DNA of 64,000 bases from Flavobacteriaceae bacterium (GCA_040880345.1 JBBDIQ010000034.1:20566-84565); one strand, 5' to 3'. Shown: positions 47,191-57,681, numbered from the stretch's first letter. Made by a program: numbers and translations. Notes: generated by a model from the letters alone, not told the origin.

Positions 47191-47430
47191 TGTTCAGTAG
47201 CAGTAAGCAGGTTTTTTATGCATTCAAAAACATTGCTTACTTTCAAAAAACTGTTTTATTTTCACGAAAAGTCGCCAAGATGCAAAGCAACATCAGGGAA
47301 CACTATTTTGGCTTTTGGAATTTGATATTTGGTGCTTCAAACATTTGGTGCTTAATTTTTTTGTCCTACATCCTAAGTCCTGCAGTCCTACGTCCAAAAA
47401 ACTGAACACTGACCACTGCCACTGAACACT
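47189..47430. repeat. Composite repeat cluster between convergent genes
   Basis: 47399-47430 is the reverse complement of 18843-18874 with 2 mismatches; ATTTGG tract 47314-47353; TCCTAC-like tract about 47363-47395; CGCAAAG-like tract about 47262-47287. Confidence 0.8.
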
Positions 47431-47513
47431 CATCTTTGACATTTTTCTATAACCAAAAAGGCATCATTCTATAAAGAAAAGATGCCTTGAATGGGGATGG
47501 TTTTGTCAAGAAA

Positions 47514-48242
47514 TTATTTTTGGTAAGCTTCCCGGTAAGGACTCCAGATTTCATAAATGGGTTCGCCTTTGGAGCTTTTTCCCTTGTGGTGCCACTTGCC
47601 GTTCTTGATTTCATAGTGAAACTGAAGGCTGGCGCCCACACGGCTGTCGTCGCGTGAAAAGAATCTGATGTTTTCTGTGTACATGCCGTTAGCAGCCACA
47701 TAGGTGCCGCCGCCGGTACCACTGAATTCTTTGGTAGCTGAGTTGAAGGCAATCCATTGAAAGCGGCCGCCACTCAATATTTTAACCGTCCTGCGGTCAC
47801 CGGGGGTCATGGCATTCATTTTGCCGTCACGCTCCCTGCCGGTGATGACCCAGGTGCGGGTAAGGAGGTCGCGGTGCACCGGAAATTTTTGCCAGTTTTG
47901 ACTGCTGCTTCCTGATGTGAGTTTCATCTGGTCATCGTCGAATTTGATGCTAAAGGTCATTTTTGACCCAATGCGCTGCGGACTCTTGCTATTGAAGTCC
48001 TGTGTTTCAGAATAGTTCCTTCCGTTAAGTTCATAGTCACCTCCTGAGGCATACAGAAATTTATCAGTGCCAGCTTCTTTGGCACCCAGGGCGAAATATC
48101 CATCCTGATAGATGGCAATGACTTCTTTGTTGGTGACCAGTTCGCCGTTTTCGTGAGTTAGTTGCCAGGCACCTTCCAGGCTTTGCGCGAAAAGAGTGGA
48201 TGTAAAAAGGAGTGTAAAAAGAGTAATAATGTATTTCATCAT
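47514..48242 (-). CDS. Secreted protein with two lipocalin-like repeats
   Basis: Signal peptide; LEGAWQL...GGDYEL...YSE and TWVIT...GGGTY...YTE halves. Confidence 0.7.
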   Translation of the reverse strand: MMKYIITLFTLLFTSTLFAQSLEGAWQLTHENGELVTNKEVIAIYQDGYFALGAKEAGTDKFLYASGGDYELNGRNYSETQDFNSKSPQRIGSKMTFSIKFDDDQMKLTSGSSSQNWQKFPVHRDLLTRTWVITGRERDGKMNAMTPGDRRTVKILSGGRFQWIAFNSATKEFSGTGGGTYVAANGMYTENIRFFSRDDSRVGASLQFHYEIKNGKWHHKGKSSKGEPIYEIWSPYREAYQK

Positions 48243-48381
48243 TGGTTAAGGAGTTGATTCACAACCAAGATACTGATTTTCCGCCGGATGGTAAAAACAT
48301 TAACGGGATTTTAAAATAAAAGCTGTAAAATATAGCTCATAGACTCAAGGGATGCTTTGTTGTATGCCCTGTTGCACTCAT

Positions 48382-50427
48382 TTAGTTTAAAAAAGAGGAA
48401 GGGTGCTTAGTGTGTGTCACAGACAGCCTGTGCATCGCCCGGGTACACGCCACATAGAGCATTTGGCGGTCTGCGGGGGTGTGGTAGTTTTTTTCGGAAG
48501 CAAAAGGTACCACCACTTGGTCAAACTCCAGTCCTTTGGCAAGGTGGGCGGTGGTGATGACAATACCGCTGCCAAAAGCAACACTCCTGGCATCGAGCAA
48601 TTGAACGGTATGGGTTTCAGAAAGGGCCTCATAGAGTTTTTGTGCCTCCGGTTGGGTTTTGCAGATTATGCCCATCGATTCATAGGGCAGCGCTTTAAAA
48701 TCGGTTAGCAGGTTTTGTAGGGTTTTCAATTCGTCTTGCTCAGATTTGCAGGCGATGACTTTGGGGGTTTCGCCGTGACGTTCCAGGGGTTCTACTGCGA
48801 TGTTTTGCCCCACTTTTTTTGAAAAGGTGGTGATTTCATAAGTAGAACGGTAGCTTTTAAGCATCGTCATCAAAGTGGCATCGGGAAAAATATCCTGAAT
48901 CATGCCCGGGGTAGAAGCACTAAACGGGTTGACAGACTGATTGGTATCGCCCAGTATCGTTTTTTTACAGGGAAACAGGCGTTGCAAAACCTTATACTGT
49001 ACCGCCGAATAATCCTGCATCTCATCAACCACCAGGTGCTTGACATCACTAAAAACAGGCAGTCCTTCCAGTTTCATCTTCAGATACAACAAGGGATACA
49101 CATCGCTGTATTCATAGGTGGATCCTTTTCGGGTTTTGAGGAATTCGGGTTTTTCTATCCAGTCATAAAAGCCTTTGTAAAGCTTGCGCAAATTAGTCGC
49201 CGGAAACATCGCGCGTATGGTGCTGTGCAATTCGGTGCGTTCTTTGCCTTTCACTTCATAATTGTAATACATCCACACATTGTTTACAATTTCGCGCACC
49301 ACTTCGTTAAACCGTTTCAATAAGGGCAAGCGGCTGTATTGTTTGAATTTTTCTTCAATAAACCAGGCGGGCACGGGTTTTTTGTTTACAAAAATATCGG
49401 AGGGCTGAAAGCCGGTGTTTTCCAAATACAGCACATAGTCATCCATTTTTTTAAGCAAACCGGAATCCGCTTTAAAGCGGATGCGTTCAATAAAATCGGG
49501 TTTGTTTTTTTCAAGGAGTTCCGCCACCTGCTCATAAAACGACCGGAAGTTGATGGTGTAATCAAACAGTTGCTGTGCCAGTTCTTCCAGAGAGGTTTCC
49601 TGAACGGTTTCTTCACCCAGTTCGGGCAATACATTGGAAATATAGTTGGCAAAAACTTTGTTGGGTGAGACAATCAGGATGTCTTTGGAAGAAATGCTGT
49701 CTTTAAATTTGTACAGCAAAAAGGCGATGCGGTGCAGGGCGATGGAGGTTTTTCCACTTCCTGCCACACCCTGAATAATCAAATGATGGGCATCGGCATT
49801 TCTGATGATGGCGTTTTGCTCGCGCTGTATGGTCGCCACAATGTTTTTCATCTTGCCGGAAGTGGCGCGGTTGAGTTCTTTTTGCAACACCTCATCCTGT
49901 ATGGTGACATCGCTGTCCAGCATATACTCCATCTTCCCCTGACGGATGCGGAACTGCCGCTTGAGCAAAATATCTCCTTTTACTTCTTCATCAATCGTCT
50001 CATAAGAGGCAGCTCCCAATTCATAATCGTAAAACATACTCGATATGGGTGCTCTCCAGTCATACACCAGATTTTGGAGTGATTTCTCATCCTGAAAATT
50101 ATGGACCCCCACATAGATGGGTTTGGGTTGTTTGTTTCCGTTTTCACGAAAGTCTATCCGACCAAAATAAGGCACATTCCTCAACCGAAGCAAGCGTTTT
50201 TTCTTATCAACTGAATGTTCGCCCTGCAAACCCACATTACTGATGGCTTCGCGCACGGCATTTTTCTCCAGGTGGTCCATATCGCGTTTGTGCTCTTCCA
50301 TATGGACATTCATCTCCCGCACTTCGTCAGATTGTTTTTGGATGCGGTTGTTGATGGCGCTGATGGCCTTTTCAACTTTGAGGAGTAGGTTTTTAAGGTA
50401 GTTTTTTTCTAATTGTTCCTGAGTCAT
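48382..50427 (-). CDS. helD: HelD-like RNA polymerase recycling ATPase (UvrD/SF1 family)
   Basis: YFGRIDF, DWRAP, IQREQN, QGVAGSGKTSIALHR, VVDEMQD, AKGLEFD, YVACTRA. Confidence 0.82.
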   Translation of the reverse strand: MTQEQLEKNYLKNLLLKVEKAISAINNRIQKQSDEVREMNVHMEEHKRDMDHLEKNAVREAISNVGLQGEHSVDKKKRLLRLRNVPYFGRIDFRENGNKQPKPIYVGVHNFQDEKSLQNLVYDWRAPISSMFYDYELGAASYETIDEEVKGDILLKRQFRIRQGKMEYMLDSDVTIQDEVLQKELNRATSGKMKNIVATIQREQNAIIRNADAHHLIIQGVAGSGKTSIALHRIAFLLYKFKDSISSKDILIVSPNKVFANYISNVLPELGEETVQETSLEELAQQLFDYTINFRSFYEQVAELLEKNKPDFIERIRFKADSGLLKKMDDYVLYLENTGFQPSDIFVNKKPVPAWFIEEKFKQYSRLPLLKRFNEVVREIVNNVWMYYNYEVKGKERTELHSTIRAMFPATNLRKLYKGFYDWIEKPEFLKTRKGSTYEYSDVYPLLYLKMKLEGLPVFSDVKHLVVDEMQDYSAVQYKVLQRLFPCKKTILGDTNQSVNPFSASTPGMIQDIFPDATLMTMLKSYRSTYEITTFSKKVGQNIAVEPLERHGETPKVIACKSEQDELKTLQNLLTDFKALPYESMGIICKTQPEAQKLYEALSETHTVQLLDARSVAFGSGIVITTAHLAKGLEFDQVVVPFASEKNYHTPADRQMLYVACTRAMHRLSVTHTKHPSSFLN

Positions 50428-50654
50428 TTTTCTATTTCAAAAGGAGCAACCGCGCCAAAATTCGAGACCGCAAATATAACAAGAACTCTTTTAAGGGGAA
50501 AAATATAATTGATGATAGGCTTATTGAATAATGAATAACGAACTGCAGAATATCGAATAACGAAGTGGGGTTTCTGAAAAATTAATGTTTAAACCCTATA
50601 GGAATCAGGATTTTATACCGCCAAAATTTTAAATCAACTCATTGCTTAGTCATT

Positions 50655-50865
50655 CTTTGTGGTTCTCTGTGCTTCTTTGAGGAACTTTGCGCTATAGTTG
50701 TACCACAGAGTTACACAGAGACTTCACAGAGTTACACAGAGGTTTTTGTTAGTACTGAACACTGAAGACTCTTTACCCTTTGTGGTTCTCTGTGCTTCTT
50801 TGAGCAGCTTAGTGCTATAGCTGTGCCGCAAAGTTTCACAAAGATTCCACAAAGGTTCGCAAAGG
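50655..50865. repeat. Two palindromic CACAGAG-family elements (4 inverted units, short spacer, 4 direct units)
   Basis: Elements at 50655-50742 and 50778-50865; direct units at 50704, 50714, 50725, 50735. Confidence 0.85.
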
Positions 50866-50895
50866 ACTTCGTACTTCTAATTTTGTACTTCTAAC

Positions 50896-51081
50896 TTAAT
50901 CTTTGACTCCAAACTTCTTCAGGATATCTTCCATCAGGCACCATTTGGTGATGGATGATTGTAAAAGGTTTACACCCACAAAGGCGGTAAACCAAAGCCA
51001 GTTGATGTTGACATAAACCGCCAGCAACAGGCTGATGATGATAAACGTGCCGGCAACGGCTCTAATGATTCTGTTTAACAT
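50896..51081 (-). CDS. DUF2892 (YgaP-like) membrane protein
   Basis: NRIIRAVAG...FVGVNLLQSSITKWC. Confidence 0.85.
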   Translation of the reverse strand: MLNRIIRAVAGTFIIISLLLAVYVNINWLWFTAFVGVNLLQSSITKWCLMEDILKKFGVKD

Positions 51082-51141
51082 AGTTAATTGTTTTAAAGGT
51101 TACTGTTTTATTGATAATCTGAACTGAAAAAAAGGTTTTAC

Positions 51142-51302
51142 CACGGAGATACACAGAGTTTTCACAGAGGTTCACAGAGAGTTTTTTATTTCATCTTGGC
51201 GTCTTAGCGACTTTGCGAGAGTTTAGTGTGTTGCTCGCAAAGGCGCAGAGTCGCAAAGTATTGTTCTAAGTCAACTTCTAACTTTGTACTTCTACTTTCT
51301 AC
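51142..51302. repeat. CACAGAG x4, CGCAAAG hairpin and TACTTCT heptamer tracts
   Basis: Units at 51142-51180; 51211-51247 is identical over 37 bp to 51731-51767. Confidence 0.8.
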
Positions 51303-51304
51303 CT

Positions 51305-51613
51305 TCAAATAGCTCTTTCAATCGGCAGGACGACCACCCGCACCGGATTGTTGGTTTCCAGGTTTTGGTTGTATTCGGTGACCAATGTGAAAAACGCGTC
51401 AATGTTGGCTTCTTCTGTAAAGGAAAACACCATTAGTGATTCACTGCCGCCTTTCTCTCCCGGGAACCAGCTTTGTGTGGCTATGACTGAGTTGTTTCCA
51501 TTTTTGTAGCCGTCAATTTCTGAGGTACTAAAGGCCTCGATTCCGGCTTTCTTGAACAGCTTGAGAACGTCTTTTTGAAATTCTTCTACTGCGGTTACGA
51601 TTAATAGTTTCAT
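51305..51613 (-). CDS. Hypothetical protein, P-II/GlnB-like fold suspected
   Basis: 102 aa, MKLLIV...IDG...SLMVFSF...VRVVVLPIER pattern. Confidence 0.55.
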   Translation of the reverse strand: MKLLIVTAVEEFQKDVLKLFKKAGIEAFSTSEIDGYKNGNNSVIATQSWFPGEKGGSESLMVFSFTEEANIDAFFTLVTEYNQNLETNNPVRVVVLPIERAI

Positions 51614-51666
51614 TTGTTTTAATATTTGTTTTTTTGCCTTTTGCGTTTGTATGAGAGAACTTGCTT

Positions 51667-51792
51667 TATAGTTGTACCACAGAGTTACACAGAGGTTACA
51701 CAGAGCTACACAGAGAGTTTTTCTTGGCGTCTTTGCGAGAGTTTAGTGTGTTGCTCGCAAAGGCGCAAAGATTTTTGCAAAGCCCGCAAAGA
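51667..51792. repeat. CACAGAG half element plus CGCAAAG hairpin element
   Basis: Units at 51678, 51688, 51699, 51709; hairpin 51723-51792. Confidence 0.8.
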
Positions 51793-51800
51793 GCCTGTCT

Positions 51801-54800
51801 CTATTCTGTTTTCTCTATTCTACTTTCTTCTTCCACAACTTCCGGATACTGCTTTTTCATAATCAGGTAATACACCAGCGGCACCACCAGCAAGGTTAGG
51901 AAGGTTGAACCAATGGTTCCGCCCATTAACGAGATGGCGAGTCCTTGGAAAATGGGATCAAACAGGATGACAAAGGCACCAATCACCACGGTTCCTGCAG
52001 TAAGCAGAATAGGGGTAGTCCGCACGGCTCCGGCTTCCAAAATGGCCTGTTTCAGCGGTACACCGTCTTCCAACCGCAGGTTGACAAAGTCAATGAGCAG
52101 TACAGAATTTCGCACCATAATTCCCGCCAGAGCAATCATCCCGATAAAGGAGGTGGCGGTAAAGAAGGCGCCCAGCAACCAGTGACCAATTACAATTCCA
52201 ATCATCGACAGCGGTATCGCCACCATCATCACGATGGGCGCTTTAAAGTTCTGAAACCAACCCACAATGAGCATATAGATAATCACAATCACGCCCAGAA
52301 AGGCAATCCCCAAATCACGGAATACTTCCAGGGTGATTTGCCATTCACCATCCCATTTTACGGTAAAGTCGTCCTCGTGCTCCGGCTGACTGGCATAGAG
52401 TTCGTTCATAGTGTAGCCTTCCGGCAGGGGAATTTGTTTTAGTTTTTCTTCCATCCCTAAAATGGCATACACAGGGCTTTCCAAAGTTCCCGCCATATCG
52501 GCCAGGACATAGACGACGCGTTTTTGGTTTTTACGGTAAATGCTTTTGGGCACGGTACTTTCATTGATCGTCACCAAATCTCCCACTGAGACCATATTTC
52601 CCTGTTGGGAAGCGATTTCGATTTGTGCGATGGCTTCGGGGCTCGCTTTTTCGGCCTCGTCCAGGGCGAGTAAAATTCCCACACGCTCGGTGGCGTTTTC
52701 GTCATACAAATGGGTCACAGCGTTTTCGCCCAAAGCCATGCGCAGTGTGTGCACAATTTGCTGAGGCGCCACGCCAAAACGCATCGCTTTTTCACGGTCG
52801 ATGTCATAGACAAATTCGGTTTGATCGGCTTCCACCATCCAGTCGATATCGACCACATCGGTGGTGTTGCGTAAAATGCTTTGCACCGAATCGGCCACCC
52901 GGATTTGCTCTTCATAATCGGGCCCGTAAATCTCTGCCACGATGGTACTCAGTACCGGAGGTCCCGGCGGTACTTCCACCAGCTTGACATTGGCGCCATA
53001 TTTGGAAGCGATTTTTTGAATATCAGGACGCAGCAGTTTGGCGATGCCATGACTTTGCAGTTTGCGGTCGCCTTTGTCTTTGATGTTTACCTGAATATCA
53101 GCCGTGTTGGAAGCTCCCCGTAAATCGTAGTGACGCACCAAACCGTTGAACGTAATGGGTGCCGAGGTACCCACATAAGTTTGATAGTTCACCACTTCCG
53201 GGCGTCCTGAAAGGTACTGGGCGATTTCCTGAGTCACCACATTGGTGCGCTCCAGGGTGGTGCCTTCGGGCATGTCGATGACTACCTGAAATTCGTTTTT
53301 ATTGTCAAAAGGCAGCATTTTTACCAAAACACTTTCGGTAAAGAACATCGCTACCGAGCCTATGAGCAACAAGGTGGTAATCCCCAGTGCCATCCATCGT
53401 TTTGTGGGATTGTCAAGCAGCGGGCGTTCAAACCTGCTGTAGATTTTATAGATGCGGGTGTCTTCAATTTCGATGGGTTTTTCGGTCTCGCCGGAAGCGT
53501 TTTTCTTTTCTTTTTCGCGTAAGAAAATATAACCCAGATAAGGCGTAATGGTCAAAGCAACTATCAGAGAGAGAATCATCGCAATGGAAGCCCCAATCGG
53601 CATCGGGCTCATATAGGGTCCCATCAATCCGCTAACAAAGGCCATCGGTAATACTGAAGCGATTACTGTAAAAGTTGCTAAAATCGTCGGATTCCCCACC
53701 TCGTTGATGGCATAGAGGGCAGCCTGCTTGAACGGCAGGCGTTTCATCTTGAAGTGGCGGTGCATGTTTTCGGCGATAATGATGGAGTCGTCCACCACAA
53801 TACCCGTCACAAAGACCAAAGCAAATAGGGTGATTCGGTTGAGTGTATAGTCTAACAAATAGTAACTCAGCATCGTCAAAGCAAAGGTTACCGGCACCGA
53901 AAGAAATACGACCAGTCCGCCGCGCCACCCCATGGCCAGCATCACCACGATGGTTACAGCGATGATAGCACCCAGGAGGTGCAAGAGGAGTTCGCTTACT
54001 TTTTGGGAGGCGGTTTCGCCATAGTTGCGTGTGACTTCCACCTGCACATCATCCGGGATGATGGTGGTGCGGAGGTGTTCTACTTTGTCCAGAATAATAT
54101 CAGATAGTTTCATCGCATCGGCTCCTTTGCGCTTGGCGACAGAAATGGTAACAGCCGGGTAATCTGATGGAAAATCTTCCGCCAGTTGGGGATGCGCCCG
54201 GCCATACCCATAACTCACATATTCTTTGGAAAGCTCGGGGCCGTCAAGCACCTGAGCGATTTGCTTTAAATAGACCGGTTGGTTTTGAGTGGTACCCACG
54301 ATGAGGTTTTCGACATCGTCAAGGGTTTGCAAAAAGCTTCCGGTATTGACTTTAAATTCGGTATCGTTGCGGTTGAAGGATCCGGAAGTCATTTGGATGT
54401 TGCTAGCCTGAATTTTTTCAGCTACGCCCAGCATATCGACTCCGGCAGAGGCCATTTTGTTTTTATCGAGCACGACACGTATTTCGCGGTTACGCCCACC
54501 GATTTTGTGAGTGGTGGCGACATCGGTTATTTTACTGATTTCGTTGTTGACTTCATTGGCGATTTGGCGCAGCTGGTAGTCGTCATAGGTTTCGCTCCAA
54601 AGCGTTAGTCCCAGCATGGGTACATCGTCTATGGAACGGGTTTTGACCAGTGGCGGTGTCACTCCGGCAGGCATCTGGTCCATGTGTTTCATCAACTCGT
54701 TGTAGAGTTTTACATAGGAACGCTCGATGTCTTCACCCACATAAAACTGCACGATGATCATGCCCTGTTCCTGCATGGAAGTGGAATAGACATACTCCAC

Positions 54801-55043
54801 GCCTTTGATGTTGGACACCATTTTCTCGATGGGCTTGATGACCCGTGACTCTACTTCCAACGGACTCGCTCCGGGATAGCCAATAAAGATATCGGCCATG
54901 GGCACGTCAATCTGTGGTTCTTCTTCCCGCGGGATTAAAAAGGAACTGTACACCCCCACGACCATAAACACGATCATTAGCAGGATGGTGAGCTTGGAGT
55001 CTATAAATAATTTGGCGATTTTGCCGGCTAAACCTTCTTTCAT
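51801..55043 (-). CDS. RND efflux transporter permease subunit
   Basis: 1080 aa, PREEEPQI, GIVVDDSIIIAEN, GIMVRNSVLLIDF, RTTPILLT. Confidence 0.95.
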   Translation of the reverse strand: MKEGLAGKIAKLFIDSKLTILLMIVFMVVGVYSSFLIPREEEPQIDVPMADIFIGYPGASPLEVESRVIKPIEKMVSNIKGVEYVYSTSMQEQGMIIVQFYVGEDIERSYVKLYNELMKHMDQMPAGVTPPLVKTRSIDDVPMLGLTLWSETYDDYQLRQIANEVNNEISKITDVATTHKIGGRNREIRVVLDKNKMASAGVDMLGVAEKIQASNIQMTSGSFNRNDTEFKVNTGSFLQTLDDVENLIVGTTQNQPVYLKQIAQVLDGPELSKEYVSYGYGRAHPQLAEDFPSDYPAVTISVAKRKGADAMKLSDIILDKVEHLRTTIIPDDVQVEVTRNYGETASQKVSELLLHLLGAIIAVTIVVMLAMGWRGGLVVFLSVPVTFALTMLSYYLLDYTLNRITLFALVFVTGIVVDDSIIIAENMHRHFKMKRLPFKQAALYAINEVGNPTILATFTVIASVLPMAFVSGLMGPYMSPMPIGASIAMILSLIVALTITPYLGYIFLREKEKKNASGETEKPIEIEDTRIYKIYSRFERPLLDNPTKRWMALGITTLLLIGSVAMFFTESVLVKMLPFDNKNEFQVVIDMPEGTTLERTNVVTQEIAQYLSGRPEVVNYQTYVGTSAPITFNGLVRHYDLRGASNTADIQVNIKDKGDRKLQSHGIAKLLRPDIQKIASKYGANVKLVEVPPGPPVLSTIVAEIYGPDYEEQIRVADSVQSILRNTTDVVDIDWMVEADQTEFVYDIDREKAMRFGVAPQQIVHTLRMALGENAVTHLYDENATERVGILLALDEAEKASPEAIAQIEIASQQGNMVSVGDLVTINESTVPKSIYRKNQKRVVYVLADMAGTLESPVYAILGMEEKLKQIPLPEGYTMNELYASQPEHEDDFTVKWDGEWQITLEVFRDLGIAFLGVIVIIYMLIVGWFQNFKAPIVMMVAIPLSMIGIVIGHWLLGAFFTATSFIGMIALAGIMVRNSVLLIDFVNLRLEDGVPLKQAILEAGAVRTTPILLTAGTVVIGAFVILFDPIFQGLAISLMGGTIGSTFLTLLVVPLVYYLIMKKQYPEVVEEESRIEKTE

Positions 55044-55076
55044 TTTAACTATTTTATTTTGTTGGTTGTCAACTTT

Positions 55077-55163
55077 CTTTGTGGCTCTTTGTGCTTCTTA
55101 GAGTCACTTTGCGGTACAGCTATACCACAGAGTTACGCAGAGGTTCCGCAGAGTTACACAGAG
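55077..55163. repeat. Palindromic CACAGAG-family element between MFP and RND genes
   Basis: Same 4-inverted/spacer/4-direct layout as 50655-50742. Confidence 0.85.
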
Positions 55164-55171
55164 AGTTTCGT

Positions 55172-56248
55172 CTATTGTTTTACAGCTACTTTTGCTCCAT
55201 TGTAAAGTTTTCCTTCTGCATCTATAATCACGGCTTCTTCAGCATTGAGACCGGAGAGGACTTCGACTTCGTTGCCAAAGGATCTTCCCAGTCGTAACCA
55301 GCGTAATATGGCTGTGTTTTGCTGGCTCACGGTGTAAACGCCCCGCAAATCTCCCTGATTGACAATGGCCTCTTCAGGCACGGTCACCAGTTGCTGGGAT
55401 TCTTCGGTTTGTTCTACCGGAAACTTTACGGTGGCATACATCCCTGACTTTAGAGCTTCGTCTTTTTCCAGTACTATATTTACAGGATACTGACCGCCGG
55501 TCATGCTGGAGGAGCTGCTCACTTCAGTGACTTTTCCGGAAACGGTTTTATTGATGGAATTGATGTGTACTTCTACGTTTTCACCGGTTTTGATTTGGCT
55601 GATACTGCTTGCGGGGACCGTGGCGCGTACTTCAAAGTTTCCGGGGGCTTCGATGGCAATCAAGGGCATACCCGGATTGGCCATAGAACCGCTTTCGATA
55701 AAACGGTTGGTGACCACACCGCTGAACGGCGCTCTAATTTCGGCGTAAGCAAACTGGGCATTGATTTCGGCTTTCATTGCATTGGCTGATTCCAGACGGG
55801 CTTTGGCCATTTCATAATGAGCGGTCATATCGTCCAGTTCTTTTTGGGAAGCGCTGTTTTGTGCAAACAAGGCGGTGAAACGTTCAAAATCTCTTTTGGC
55901 ATTGTTGACAGCAACCTGTGCTTCATTGATACCGGCGGTGACCTGAGCGCGTTTGGCCTGCAGGTCGTTGTTATTGATGGACACTAATAGCTGCCCTTGA
56001 GAAACGTTGTCGCCAATGTTGACGTGTACCTTATTGACATATCCCATCATTCGGGTGCTTAGGGTAGCGTTGTTGACGGCGACGACCTCTCCGCTTACAG
56101 TGAGGTTGCTACCCGAACTTGCCGCAGGGGCTTTTACCGTGACCTGAATGACCGGGCGGTTGTCTGTTGCAGTGTCTTTTTCTGAATTGCCACAGCTGCT
56201 AAGGAGCAGTGCGGTTAGAGCTAGTATGCTTAGTATTGGTGTTTTCAT
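55172..56248 (-). CDS. RND periplasmic adaptor (membrane fusion) lipoprotein
   Basis: ATG 56248 with lipobox LSSC; GQLLV, IRAPFSGVV, SGMYA. Confidence 0.92.
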   Translation of the reverse strand: MKTPILSILALTALLLSSCGNSEKDTATDNRPVIQVTVKAPAASSGSNLTVSGEVVAVNNATLSTRMMGYVNKVHVNIGDNVSQGQLLVSINNNDLQAKRAQVTAGINEAQVAVNNAKRDFERFTALFAQNSASQKELDDMTAHYEMAKARLESANAMKAEINAQFAYAEIRAPFSGVVTNRFIESGSMANPGMPLIAIEAPGNFEVRATVPASSISQIKTGENVEVHINSINKTVSGKVTEVSSSSSMTGGQYPVNIVLEKDEALKSGMYATVKFPVEQTEESQQLVTVPEEAIVNQGDLRGVYTVSQQNTAILRWLRLGRSFGNEVEVLSGLNAEEAVIIDAEGKLYNGAKVAVKQ

Positions 56249-56305
56249 TTTCAATATGTTGCTTTTTTGGTTTCTCGCAAAGACGCTGAGGCGCAAAGCG
56301 AATTG

Positions 56306-57616
56306 TTATTCTCCTTTGGTTAAAAATTTTAGGTATGCTTTCGCGAAATTGTATTCAAATACGGTTTGTAAGTATTCCAGTTGTTTTTGGGCAAATTGGG
56401 TTTCGCTTTGTAACAGGTCAGTGGTTTTTTCCAGGCCTTGCTCAAAGCGGTTGGTGCGTATGCGTAAGGCTTCATCTGACTGTTCCACGGCGAGTTCGCT
56501 GCGGTTTAACTGATCGAGCAAATCATTGACCTGACGCTGTGCTTTGTTTATTTCCATTTGGCTCTGTGCTTTGTATTGGTCGAGTTCGATGCGTGATTGT
56601 TCGAGTTCGGCTTTGCTTTTTTGTGCTTTTCCGAAGCGTTTTCCGCCCTGGAATAAGTCCCAGCTCAGTTGGGCACCCACCAGGTAGCCATCGGCATTTC
56701 CTTGAAAAATTTCGTTGTCATAGAGTTCATAGCTTCCAAAGGCATTCAGGCGTGGGAGGAACGCCATTTGGTCGGCTTTGTTCATTTTCGCGTAAGCTTC
56801 AGTAGCCAGTGTCATCGCTTGAATGTCTGAACGGTTTTCGTTGAGGGATGTGTTTTGAAGCGTTGCAAGTTCAGTTGCTTCGAGTGTGTCTGTGGGATTC
56901 CAAATTGTATAGGTTTCTTCGCCCATCAGAAAAGACAGGTAGTCTGAAGCGTTTTGCACGTTACTTTTGGCTTGTTGTAATTGGTTTTGAACTTCGCTAA
57001 CGCGGACTTCCACTGCCAAAACATCTGAGCGTTGCAGGTAGCCCTGATCAAAACTGTTGTTTGCCAGTTTTTGGTTTTCCTGAGCGGCCTCCAGTGCTTT
57101 TTGTAAAACACTTACGGCTTTGTGTGCTACCTGAAGTTGCATATAGGCTTTTTCCACTTCCAGAAGGATATAGTCCTGAGTGCGTTGGCCTTGCAATTGG
57201 GTGGCCTGCATGTTGCTTTTGGCAGCCTGCCGCTGAAAGATGCCGTCTATATTGATGAGGGGTTGTTGTATTTCAAACCTGGTAGCGAAGTTATCGGTGC
57301 GCTCAGGATTATTCAATAGCGCAGGATTGAAATCATTTTGAGTAAGAATTTCCTGATTGAGTTTGGAACCAAACGCCATCAAGGGGTTGGTAGTGGTGAT
57401 CCCAGTATGTGAGGCGGTGATATTGGGCAGGAACACCGCATTGGTTTGGCGGTAGTCGGCACGTGCCTGCAGGAATTCCTGTTCAGATATTTTTATGTTG
57501 CGGTTGTTTTCGAGTACGCCGGTTAGGGCTTGTTCTTTAGAAAGCGGCTTTTGCTCCTGGGCAAAAAGGAGTGTGCTGCTTGCTATGGAAAGGAGTACTA
57601 ATAGTGTTTTCTTCAT
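56306..57616 (-). CDS. TolC family outer membrane efflux protein
   Basis: Signal peptide, FLPNIT/FLPRLN repeats, LSWDLFQGG, RFEQGL. Confidence 0.92.
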   Translation of the reverse strand: MKKTLLVLLSIASSTLLFAQEQKPLSKEQALTGVLENNRNIKISEQEFLQARADYRQTNAVFLPNITASHTGITTTNPLMAFGSKLNQEILTQNDFNPALLNNPERTDNFATRFEIQQPLINIDGIFQRQAAKSNMQATQLQGQRTQDYILLEVEKAYMQLQVAHKAVSVLQKALEAAQENQKLANNSFDQGYLQRSDVLAVEVRVSEVQNQLQQAKSNVQNASDYLSFLMGEETYTIWNPTDTLEATELATLQNTSLNENRSDIQAMTLATEAYAKMNKADQMAFLPRLNAFGSYELYDNEIFQGNADGYLVGAQLSWDLFQGGKRFGKAQKSKAELEQSRIELDQYKAQSQMEINKAQRQVNDLLDQLNRSELAVEQSDEALRIRTNRFEQGLEKTTDLLQSETQFAQKQLEYLQTVFEYNFAKAYLKFLTKGE

Positions 57617-57636
57617 TTTATCTCAATTTGACAGGG

Positions 57637-57681
57637 CAAAAGTACGGCGTCAAATGAGGTGGGTCAGTAACCTTTGTTACC
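57637..57681 (-). promoter_or_regulatory. Crp/Fnr-like palindrome plus -7 box upstream of tolC
   Basis: AGTAAC-CTTT-GTTACC at 57666-57681; TACTTTTG (minus) at 57637-57644; 21 nt between them. Confidence 0.62.

Noticed and set aside
48382-50427. HelR-type rifamycin resistance gene
   Set aside because: HelD-like motifs alone do not imply resistance, and no rifamycin-associated regulatory element was recognised upstream.
51913-55101. Plus-strand ORFs opposite the RND gene
   Set aside because: Antisense shadows with no recognisable domains.
50655-55163. CACAGAG tracts as CRISPR or as real ORFs (e.g. 51626-51862, 51661-51870, 55079-55297, 19025-19210)
   Set aside because: The 10-11 bp periodic units have no unique spacers; the ORFs are low-complexity translations of the repeats.
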